From Amoebidium appalachense (taxonomy: Eukaryota > Protista > Ichthyosporea): a stretch of 64,000 nt of DNA. The DNA is taken from assembly GCA_963693365.1 (NCBI GenBank), contig CAVNZM010000024.1:4937-68936 (forward strand), in the 5' to 3' direction. This document shows, piece after piece, positions 54,622 to 63,611 of this stretch. The notes under the pieces are model-generated. The model made no database searches, was not told where the DNA came from, and worked only from the letters and a program-made list of their open reading frames with translations. The translations under genes and the position numbers were made by a program. The first letter of the stretch is position 1. Each line of letters begins with the position of its first letter.

Positions 54622-55419
54622 ATGTCTCAACTCAGCGAAGGGGCTGTTGTGCGCTGCCTCCACCTGGTGCGCACGTTTTTGGATAACGATAAGAGCAGCG
54701 CTTTGTTCATGCAGGGATACACAACGCACCACCTAGTGTTATACATCAAGCACCTGATGGAATTGGAAATAAACGAAAAGGTCCCAGTCGAACATATTGA
54801 GAGGCTGATCTCCTGCCCCGATGAAACGTCCGAACACACGCGCTCATCGAAGAAACTGAAAAACGTCGTTATAGCAGTTCGCGAGCTGTTCCCCACACCG
54901 TGGGTTTGGAAGGGGATTGATCCAGGCACGTTTACGGTGGAGCTCGCTAGGGAGGTCCATCGCAAGGTCATGGACGGGCTGCTCGATAGCGCTGGACGGT
55001 ATCGGGTGCGCTTTGCGCTTCCCGCAGGCTGCAGTCATCAGTACCTTGCACCGTTCAAGATCGAAGAGGCTCTCAAGCGTCTGTTCGAAAGGACACGCAC
55101 CGAACTCCAAGGCTGCAATGACGTTCTCGGTGCCATACAGGTCACCGCCCGTTTCCTCGGGGAGTTCCTCTACATCCACCCGTTCAGCAACGGCAACGGG
55201 CGCGTCGCCCGTCTGTTGGTCAGCGTGCTGCTCTCGCCCTATATTGCCGTTCCCCTCTCGTTGTACACAGACCGCAGCTCCCGCGAGCGCTACCACTCGC
55301 TGCTGCTGGCCGCGCAGAGCCAGCCGCCCCCCCACGACTACTCCGAGCTGGCGGCCTTCGTGCTGGACTGCGCAAGGGCAAACCTGGTCTCGGTGTGCAA
55401 CGCCCTGGATTTGGAATGA
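54622..55419 (+). CDS. Fic domain protein (putative AMPylase)
   Basis: HPFSNGNGRVARLL; G.YR flap motif. Confidence 0.9.
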   Translation: MSQLSEGAVVRCLHLVRTFLDNDKSSALFMQGYTTHHLVLYIKHLMELEINEKVPVEHIERLISCPDETSEHTRSSKKLKNVVIAVRELFPTPWVWKGIDPGTFTVELAREVHRKVMDGLLDSAGRYRVRFALPAGCSHQYLAPFKIEEALKRLFERTRTELQGCNDVLGAIQVTARFLGEFLYIHPFSNGNGRVARLLVSVLLSPYIAVPLSLYTDRSSRERYHSLLLAAQSQPPPHDYSELAAFVLDCARANLVSVCNALDLE

Positions 55420-55451
55420 AGCCGTCAACTCTTATCGCGCCCTACATCAAC

Positions 55452-56327
55452 ATGGACACACCCTCCCAAGCCAGGACACGTGTGCGGATCCTGCTGCCCG
55501 GGGGCGGCGTCAAGGGCTGCTTCCAAGTCGGGTTCATGCAGGGGATGCTCGCGTCGGGGCTGTACCAGGTCGACAGGGTGTACGGCACGTCCGTCGGCGC
55601 GCTGGTGGCGCCGTTCGTGGTTGCCGACCGCCTGGACGACCTGGCGCGCGAGCTGGGGAAGCTGAAGTGCGTGGAGGACATTGTGGAACCGTGGGGCGGC
55701 GCAATGGCGCTGCTTCCGAAAAGCTGGAGGACGGTTGTGGGGTCAATGCTGTACGGGGCGGCGTACAGCCGCTTCACCCTGCAGGAGCGTGCGGCGGCGC
55801 TTCTGGAGGGCATCGACGCGGACATCTACACGCGCTGCCACTGCGTCGCCTGGGACTTCCTCAACAAGAAGGAGCGGTGGTTCACAGGGCCCGAGTACCA
55901 GGTCGGCATGCGCGCGTCTTCGGCCCTTCCACTCGCGGTCCCCCCCGTCGAGTACGACGGCACCGTGTTTCTGGACGGCGGGGTCTCTGAGCTGGTGCCC
56001 CTCACCAAGGCACTCGAGGATGCCGCAGATGGGTTCGACGGCATCTACGTCACGGTGCTGTGCGACTCGCTGGCGCACTGCCCCGCAGAATCCGTGCCAA
56101 AAACGGGCATGGAGCTCTGCTATGCTCTGCAGCGTGACTCGGGCACCGAGCTAGCGGCCACCGAGTTCGCCAACCTCCGCACCCGCCTCGGAGACCGCCT
56201 CGTGGTGGTCGCTCCGGAGCGGAGGCTGTTTGCGTCGCCCATGGACGTCGACCCCGGGAAGGTCGCGCAGGCGCTTGCGGATGGCCGCACGGCGTTTGCT
56301 GCCTGGGCCGCCGCGGCACGTCAATAA
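55452..56327 (+). CDS. Patatin-like phospholipase
   Basis: GGGVKG, GTSVG, ASSALP and DGG motifs. Confidence 0.92.
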   Translation: MDTPSQARTRVRILLPGGGVKGCFQVGFMQGMLASGLYQVDRVYGTSVGALVAPFVVADRLDDLARELGKLKCVEDIVEPWGGAMALLPKSWRTVVGSMLYGAAYSRFTLQERAAALLEGIDADIYTRCHCVAWDFLNKKERWFTGPEYQVGMRASSALPLAVPPVEYDGTVFLDGGVSELVPLTKALEDAADGFDGIYVTVLCDSLAHCPAESVPKTGMELCYALQRDSGTELAATEFANLRTRLGDRLVVVAPERRLFASPMDVDPGKVAQALADGRTAFAAWAAAARQ

Positions 56328-56474
56328 ACCCACCCCGAGTCGGGTCCATATCTGTCGTCCTCGGTCACCCATCCGGGCTGGGGGGCTGGGGGGCCTGGGG
56401 GGCCTGGGGGGCTGGGAGGGGCTCCTGTGGCGCACGTGCCTCGCGTGCCTCGCGGGCCCCCCAGGGCCTGGGCG

Positions 56475-56681
56475 CTAGGTTTGGGTTGGGCTCTGGTGCT
56501 TGGCGGTGTGCCGCTTGAGGCTCAGAGCATACCGAAACTGCCGCCCGCACCCTGCATGCGTGCACACGTGTCGCAGGGCGCCTGTGTGCTTGTCGCTGTG
56601 CGCGGCAAAGTTGCTGTTGCGGGTGGTGAAATAGCTGCAGCCGTCGACTGTGCACCGATACACCTTATACTCCTTGACCAT
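56475..56681 (-). CDS. Two-finger C2H2 zinc-finger protein
   Basis: YRCTVDGC...H...HTG..HVCTHAGCGRQF...LKRH...H. Confidence 0.8.
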   Translation of the reverse strand: MVKEYKVYRCTVDGCSYFTTRNSNFAAHSDKHTGALRHVCTHAGCGRQFRYALSLKRHTAKHQSPTQT

Positions 56682-56752
56682 GACAGCGCCTCGGTCAGAC
56701 CGGCACGTGCATAGGAACATTGTGTTACAGAAGTGGGAGAAAATAAATTCCA

Positions 56753-57448
56753 TCACGACTGCTCCTGGCTGTTAATGACCTGGCTGTCGATCCTGTAGCA
56801 ATACAGAACATTGTTTGTTTCAGACACACGTGGGTGGTCTGGCCAGCGCGTCACCCTTTTTGCTTTGACGCCGATAGGTTTTCCCAGAATCTTCCTGAGG
56901 TTTACGCCAAAGATTTTCAAACTTGGAGTAGCTGTGTTAGAAGTATTCCGTTTATGCCACGAAAGGTATAGTTGGTACAGGTCAGATGAAGTCACGCGGC
57001 AGTCATCCTTTATGAAAGTCATGTCCTCACATCCATTGGTATGAGAGACCAAATCTTTTAAAAATTGCTGTTCGGCTTGTTTCTGCTGGGCATTCTTGGG
57101 TTTTGCAGTTTCTGCTTTGGCGAGTGGACCCCACATATGCTGCAGTGTATCATGCTCGGTGGTGACGGTAATGTTATGGCGCATCATGGTTTCCACAGCT
57201 ACCTTGTATGTGTTGGCGGGGGCGTAGCCATATAGATGGACTCGTGCACGGTGGGTGGGGTAGTAATCTGTGTATGCAAGCACCTGCCCCATTGCCGATT
57301 TCCAACGTTGAACCTTCTTTACTTCAATGACTTCTGTGTCCGTCAGCAGGTCGATCCTACCGGCGGGAGTATGCACCTCGCTCTTCCCACCCTCCAGTCG
57401 CATAAGTCGGTCCCTCACCAAACCTTCGTCACACAGCGTGCTAGCCAT
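56753..57448 (-). CDS. PD-(D/E)XK nuclease fused to a D5-helicase-type C-terminal winged helix
   Basis: EVHTPAGRIDLLT...IEVK...WK.A.GQVLAY..YYP; FLKDL...GCED...LYQLY..W...KILG. Confidence 0.7.
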   Translation of the reverse strand: MASTLCDEGLVRDRLMRLEGGKSEVHTPAGRIDLLTDTEVIEVKKVQRWKSAMGQVLAYTDYYPTHRARVHLYGYAPANTYKVAVETMMRHNITVTTEHDTLQHMWGPLAKAETAKPKNAQQKQAEQQFLKDLVSHTNGCEDMTFIKDDCRVTSSDLYQLYLSWHKRNTSNTATPSLKIFGVNLRKILGKPIGVKAKRVTRWPDHPRVSETNNVLYCYRIDSQVINSQEQS

Positions 57449-57578
57449 TGTAGTTGGCGCTAGAAAAAATATACAAGCCACGACACCCGATGCTGTGCAT
57501 ACCAGTGAGGGCTTGAGGGGCTGTGGGTGGCTCCCGTGGCACACGTGCCTCGCGGGCCTCGCGTGCCTCGCATGCCCC

Positions 57579-58079
57579 TCAGGGCCCCCCAGGCGCCCCC
57601 GCAGTGTTGAACGTACGGCTGTGGGTAGACGTGTATCGCTGGTTACGGACACGGGTCTTGGGGTCGGGGTCGCTGGGGTCGAAAACAATACCACCGTCGT
57701 AGACGACCATTTGGCTGCTGTCCAGATGCCATGAGCCCTTGTATGTTTCCACCTTTTTGCCCGTCGGGTTGTATTTGAACTTGTACTTGGACAGCATGTC
57801 GGCCACCTTCTTCTTGGACTTGACCTCATGGACGAATCTCCCATCCTTGAAACGCTTGAAGAGGTACACACCGTCCGGGCGGGAATAAGCCACTAGTGTA
57901 CGACAGAACGTGTGGATCTGCTCCTCGGTCCACTCGTAATTCTCGACAATGTCTGCGTCCAACCAGTTGTTGCGCGTGCCTGTTGTCCGCTCAAACTCTT
58001 CGTATGTCGCCAGTTTGCGCTGCTCGTTCTCGGACATGTCCGCGGCGATCTGCATGTATAGATCGTCCATGTTGTCCAT
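57579..58079 (-). pseudogene. Truncated N-terminal fragment of a third D5-like helicase
   Basis: WT.E...VAY...FDPSDPDPKT...RTFN matches both full copies and stops at the GC repeat. Confidence 0.7.
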
Positions 58080-58306
58080 TGTAGAAAGAATGGGGAGAAA
58101 ATGAACCCGGGTCTGCTTAAGTACCCCCCCCCCCCTATAGCTAGCATCTGTTGGTTCCTGAGGGGCTGTGAGGGGCATGCGTGGCTCGCCTGCCTCGTGC
58201 TGCCCGTGAGACCACTGTGCCTCCTCTTCCTCCCCGGCCCCATGCCCTGTGTGCCACCCCCAGCCACCCCCAGCCCCCCATGCCCCCGCGCAGCGTTGGG
58301 GAATGG

Positions 58307-59758
58307 CTAGGCCTGTTTGATCTTCTCGTAGTCGAACAAAAAAGCGTACGACGTTCCGGTTGGGGACAACGCGGGCATCCCAGGGGCAACAATCAGGTGG
58401 TTGTTTCGCACTCCCTTGTTGGGTCCAAGTATCTTGCTGAGCATGGAGCCCATGCTCTTCACACTGGCGTACGGGATGCTCTTGGTCTTGCCGTTGAGTG
58501 AAAGCCACTCCTTGTACAGATGCAGCATTGTGGTGGCTGTAACACGGGCCCCATTGGGAAGTTGCTCGACAGACATGCCCTCGGCGCCTGTAGCCATATC
58601 TTTGAGAAACAGGAGTTCATCTGGCTGTGTCATTTCACGCAGTTCGCACCAGAGTTCAGTCTTGGGTGGAAGCGGAAGAACACGGGGAACATTTGGCATC
58701 TTCATGAAGTAGTCACAGACAGCCTGTAGGTTTGCAGGGTCTTCGTAAAACCGTGTAAAGTTCTGGTAGTAGGCTCTTGGATAGACCACTGGGGTCCCCT
58801 GCAAGCACACCCAACGACGGTCCGATTCCTCCACCCGAACGGGCCATTTCTCGTTTGAAAGCCAGACATAGCGTTCGAAACTCTTCACACACACAGCGTC
58901 CTGCCCCTTTCGCTCGATCATGTTCACCTGCTGGGTGATGCGAGCCTTCATCAGGTTCGCAATTTCCCTGTTACTGCCAAGACCCATTTCGTCGCACACA
59001 ACCAGTAGCTTGTTCTCCAGATGCGCGTTGAACTTCCCCTCCAAATGCTCTCTGTGTGTGATATAACCACAATAACAACTGCCAATGATGTTGGCGATGA
59101 TCTCCCACCAGATGTTTTTCCCTATTCCCTGTATCGATCTCATGAGAATCGCTGTGCCAGACTTGACTTCAGGATACTGGAAGATGTGTGCGACCCATTG
59201 CATCAGATAATGAAAGCTCTCCCGGTCATTGTTGCAAAGCACCTCAAAGGCGTGGCGTTCGAACAGGGAGACAGAACCTGACTGCCAAGAAACGTTCTCG
59301 GGTTGGTGGGGTAGCGCCAATCCCTTGAACATGTTGTATGCCCGGCAACGTTGGACAAGGTATGCTGGCTTCGTGTTTCCAGTGCGTGGGTCTGGGGATG
59401 ACGGGTCAAAAACAAAACAGGTGTAGTATGGAAAGCAAGGTGTTTTCAACACGTTTGCACCGTTGTACGTATCCTGTTTGCCGTTTGCATGCGGAACAAG
59501 CTGAAATAGAAAGGCTCCCAAAAACTCTTGGAGTGCAGCCTTTGTCTTGCGATGGTGTTTGTACAGGTTCGTGTCCTGGTCATAAATCTTGACCAGATAG
59601 GCACCTTCCCTGCTGACATATGCGATGTTTGGGCTTAAAAAGGCAAACACCTCATCCAAAGTCCAATTTGCGCGTTGAACACATGTGTGGGGGTCAAACA
59701 ACATGCTATGGTCAACCGAAAGGTCTTCGAATGCATCATAAGATGGTGGAGCTCTCAT
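58307..59758 (-). CDS. D5-like SF3 helicase, copy 2
   Basis: QGIGKNIW, FNAHLENKLLVVCDE, LSNE...DRRW; TATA motif ~45 nt upstream. Confidence 0.88.
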   Translation of the reverse strand: MRAPPSYDAFEDLSVDHSMLFDPHTCVQRANWTLDEVFAFLSPNIAYVSREGAYLVKIYDQDTNLYKHHRKTKAALQEFLGAFLFQLVPHANGKQDTYNGANVLKTPCFPYYTCFVFDPSSPDPRTGNTKPAYLVQRCRAYNMFKGLALPHQPENVSWQSGSVSLFERHAFEVLCNNDRESFHYLMQWVAHIFQYPEVKSGTAILMRSIQGIGKNIWWEIIANIIGSCYCGYITHREHLEGKFNAHLENKLLVVCDEMGLGSNREIANLMKARITQQVNMIERKGQDAVCVKSFERYVWLSNEKWPVRVEESDRRWVCLQGTPVVYPRAYYQNFTRFYEDPANLQAVCDYFMKMPNVPRVLPLPPKTELWCELREMTQPDELLFLKDMATGAEGMSVEQLPNGARVTATTMLHLYKEWLSLNGKTKSIPYASVKSMGSMLSKILGPNKGVRNNHLIVAPGMPALSPTGTSYAFLFDYEKIKQA

Positions 59759-59940
59759 GATGCTTACAGTAGACTGAAGAAAAAAAAGCATGCATGTTCC
59801 TTTTATACCCTGTTGAAGAGTTAAAGCTGTTGAAGCTGTTGAAGGGGGGTTGTTTAAAATAGAAGTGTGACGGGCTGTGTGTGTGTGGGGTGATCTCGCG
59901 GACCTCAACGGTTCAACGGCTTCAACAACAACCCATCATA

Positions 59941-59971
<31 letters not shown>

Positions 59972-59973
<2 letters not shown>

Positions 59974-60289
59974 ACCACCTGTACACCAGCAGGCCGGCCA
60001 GCAGCACGAGCAGCACCATGCATGCAAGCGCTATGCCCCTCCACATCGAAGCGCTCTTGAGCTGTGCATCATGGTCGTCCAATGAAGTGCCCATGTAGAG
60101 CATGAAGCGCGTGTTGTTGTCGATGGTCAGGTGGTACTCGTGCGGGTCGGCGGCAATGTCATCCCTGCGCACCCACGAGTTACTCGGGTTGTCAAATCTC
60201 AGGTTTGCAATGTTCGGAGAAGTCATACCTTCCGAAGAGATAGTTTGGAGCGCCCCCTCCCCAGCAACTCGGGGAGCACACACAGACAT
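59972..60289 (-). CDS. Small protein with C-terminal TM anchor
   Basis: GIALACMVLLVLLAGLLVY. Confidence 0.45.
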
Positions 60290-60634
60290 TATGCATCGCA
60301 GTGCTAATGGAACCTAAAAACCGCTGGGACGTAGGGCGCGCCAAGACGGAGGACGCACTGCTACAATGATCTTTGGCAACCTTGTTTTTCTTTGTCATAT
60401 ATATGGTCAATTTGATAGCTGTTCGATCTTGTGTCCAGAGCGGTGGTTGTAAAAGGCAACAACAACAACCCACTGCAAGTGTCACAAAGGGCACGCTGTG
60501 GGTGCATTAACACAAACAACAAGACCCCCCCCCCCCCCTGAGCGCCAGCACGCGGCAAGCAGCACGAGCAGCACCATGCATGCAAGCGCTACGGTCCACA
60601 ACACAGGTGTGGAAGAGGAAGTGGCAATTTTTAT

Positions 60635-61111
60635 TTACTCCTCGTGTCCAGCACGGCTGCGCTTCTCGGTGGGCGCCGAAGTGTCCTCGGGCGACCGCGC
60701 GCGCTTCTTCTCGGTGGGCGCCGAAGTGTCCTCGGGCGACCGCGCGCGCTTCTTCTCGGGGGGCTTCTTGTGGAGGCGCTCCTCCTCGGAGCTCAAGATG
60801 CGAATGGGGCGCTCCTCGGTGGGGGACTCCTCGGCGGAGGTCTCGGGGTCGCTGAGGTTCTTCAGGCTCCTCCATGTCATACGGTACAGGCTCACGCTGG
60901 TCTTGAGGCGCTTGTACTTCTTGTGCAGCAACTTGTACTTGAGCTGCATCTCCCGCTCGCTGGCGCGCGCACGGTAGCGGTCACGCTTTGCCTCCTCGTA
61001 CAGGTACTGCTGCCATTCGGGAGGCCACGTGGCAAATGACCCTGGGGGCCGTGGACTGGCAGGCTGCCCGGCTGGGTCAGGGCCGGCCTTTGCAGATGGT
61101 GTGCCGGACAT
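60635..61111 (-). CDS. Probable nuclear protein with duplicated KKRARSP motif
   Basis: 45-bp repeat encoding EKKRARSPEDTSAPT twice; TATA upstream; AATAAA at stop. Confidence 0.6.
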   Translation of the reverse strand: MSGTPSAKAGPDPAGQPASPRPPGSFATWPPEWQQYLYEEAKRDRYRARASEREMQLKYKLLHKKYKRLKTSVSLYRMTWRSLKNLSDPETSAEESPTEERPIRILSSEEERLHKKPPEKKRARSPEDTSAPTEKKRARSPEDTSAPTEKRSRAGHEE

Positions 61112-61777
61112 TGTTGGTGAAGAGAAACAGGAAGAGTGGAAAGTGTCAGCATAGCGCTGAGTCGCGGCATTTTATACCTGCCAGGCAGGGCAAGGCTGAC
61201 AGCTGTCGCGTTTTGATTGGATGGACATGATTTATCTGATGGAATCAAAATTTACTTACCATGAGATGTAACCACATGATCCAATCGGAATTTATATTTA
61301 CGATCCAATCGCGGCTGACCAATCAGCGCGTGAGGCGTAATCTAGCGAGATATCCAATCGAATGGCGCTACGGTCATGCCATGCCAGTGCTTTTGAGATG
61401 GCTCATCGGACTGTCGGGCCCAGGAATAAAAAGTGTGTAAACCCTCGTGTGAAGTCCTCCTGGTACGGCCCAGGAATAAAAATTACATACTCCCCCCCCT
61501 ACCACCTGTACACCAGCACACCGACCTCTTCGTTTTGACATGACGTTCACCCAAAAATTGTGGGCGACCTCTCCTAGTGAAACCATAATCCTCCTCTTAC
61601 GCCCTGCCGGGCACAGGTTGCTGGTCCACGCACTGGATGCGGGGCGATTCTCAAGACCACCCACGCGCTTAAATTTCATAACCGCGTCCATACAGGTCTG
61701 TCAGATATATTTAGCATCTAATCGCGGCCAACCAATGCCTTGCTAGGTTTCAATATTTTCTGTCACTAAGAACGAGA

Positions 61778-63061
61778 ATGGCATCTGCTAACATTGACAG
61801 TATGGTCGAAAGGCAGCCCCGACCCAGCCCTAGGACCAGAAAATGCGAGCACGGGAAACCGAGAGGGTACTGCAAAACCTGTGGAGGATCTGCTCTGTGT
61901 CCACATGAGAAGAAGAGGAGTTTTTGTAAAGCATGCAACGGGGCAACCTTTTGCCCCCACGGCAGGCGCAAATATATCTGCGTACCTTGCGGCGGGAAGC
62001 AAATGTGCCCGCACGGTCGATATAGGCCTCTGTGCAAGGGGTGTGGCGGATCGCAGCTGTGTCCGCATGGAGCACGCAAAATCTTCTGCCAGTCATGCGG
62101 TGGATCAGGATTGTGCCCGCATGGGAAACCGAAAGCCAGGTGCAGACGGTGTGGTGGGAGGAGCTTTTGTAAACATGGCAAATGTAAAGTCTACTGTGGG
62201 CTTTGTGGAGGGCCAGCGCTCTGCCCACATCGTAAACGGAGAGACCGATGTAAAGAATGCAACGGAAAGGCGATTTGCAAACATGGTAAGACCAAGTTTG
62301 ACTGTAGGTCGTGTGGGGGCACAAGGTACTGCAAACATGGAAAACAAAAAGCGCGGTGTGTGTTTTGTGGAGGCACAGCGCTCTGCCACCATGGGAAGCG
62401 GAAGATATTTTGCCGATTATGTGACCTGAGCTACTTCTGCGCCGCGTGCACACTGACACACGTGAAGAAGAGGGGAAATCTGTGCGCCACTTGTGACCCA
62501 CAATCCACATGTAGAGCCAAGTGGTCCGAGGCGCGTCCAGAAATCAAGGTTTTGCGTCATGTGTCAGGCCTCATAGGCCCCCCCACCAGCCACGACAAAG
62601 TAGTACCAAACGATTGTGGAGAGCGCACTCGTCCGGATCTGTACTACGACTTTGGGACTTTTGTGCTGGTTGTAGAGGTAGACGAGGACCAACACCGTGC
62701 TTATGACACCACGTGTGAGGTTGCGCGGATGTTCAACCAGGCATCTGCGCACGAAGTGCCGACCATGTTTATTCGGTTCAACCCACACGGATTCAAGGTC
62801 GACAGCAAAACACAGAGAACTCCAATGAAGCAGAGGCTCGAGGCACTCACGGTCGCCATCAGACATGTGCGAGACACAGACTACGTCGCGCTGTTCAAGG
62901 ACGGGCGCATCCGCATGGGGTACCTGTTCTATGATTGGCACGAGGTGACGCAAGACCTTGGCGTGCTGTACAGCAGGCTAGTTTCGTCGGAAGATATGGA
63001 GAGGCTATTGGCTCCGTTTAAAGCGAAAACCAATCCGATGGACGCAGAAACCAAACAATAA
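61778..63061 (+). CDS. Zn-ribbon repeat protein with C-terminal PD-(D/E)XK-like endonuclease
   Basis: 11 x 18-aa CxHG....CxxCGG repeats; RPD....VVEVDEDQH...CE..RM...FIRFNP. Confidence 0.85.
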   Translation: MASANIDSMVERQPRPSPRTRKCEHGKPRGYCKTCGGSALCPHEKKRSFCKACNGATFCPHGRRKYICVPCGGKQMCPHGRYRPLCKGCGGSQLCPHGARKIFCQSCGGSGLCPHGKPKARCRRCGGRSFCKHGKCKVYCGLCGGPALCPHRKRRDRCKECNGKAICKHGKTKFDCRSCGGTRYCKHGKQKARCVFCGGTALCHHGKRKIFCRLCDLSYFCAACTLTHVKKRGNLCATCDPQSTCRAKWSEARPEIKVLRHVSGLIGPPTSHDKVVPNDCGERTRPDLYYDFGTFVLVVEVDEDQHRAYDTTCEVARMFNQASAHEVPTMFIRFNPHGFKVDSKTQRTPMKQRLEALTVAIRHVRDTDYVALFKDGRIRMGYLFYDWHEVTQDLGVLYSRLVSSEDMERLLAPFKAKTNPMDAETKQ

Positions 63062-63611
63062 CTCATTTACGCTTCACTCGCACGCTCTGGAGGATCACCA
63101 GCCTCCGGTATTTTGGCATGAACTCGTTGGCAAACACGTACTTCCTTGCACGTCTGTGACCCCTCTTTTTGGACTGACCTCCTTGTTTTGGCATGACCTC
63201 TACCCCAAAATTTTGGGCGCTTGCCCTGCACAACCCCTGTGAAACCACTTTCTCCGCTTGCACCCAGCCGCGCACAGGTTGCTGGTCCACGCACCCTCCT
63301 CGAGCTCGAGGGACACCTTGCGCCACCCGGATTCTGCGCGCTTGATCTCGCACGCCACCACAATGTCTCCCGGTCGCACACCTGCGGTCCACATGCTTGT
63401 GCAACAGCGCACGCTCAGCACCTCACACACCGTGTCGGGCCCACGTACACACACGCCGAAACACGCAAGCGCGCACTCGTGGTCATGCAGCGCCTCGAGA
63501 ACTGGCACCTTGCGAATGAGTGTGCGCCGACGCAGGCGGGGACTCTGGAGGGTATAAAAGCGTGTGTCTGACACGGGGAGCTGCCAGTCTGAATCTGCAC
63601 CAGAACCGACC

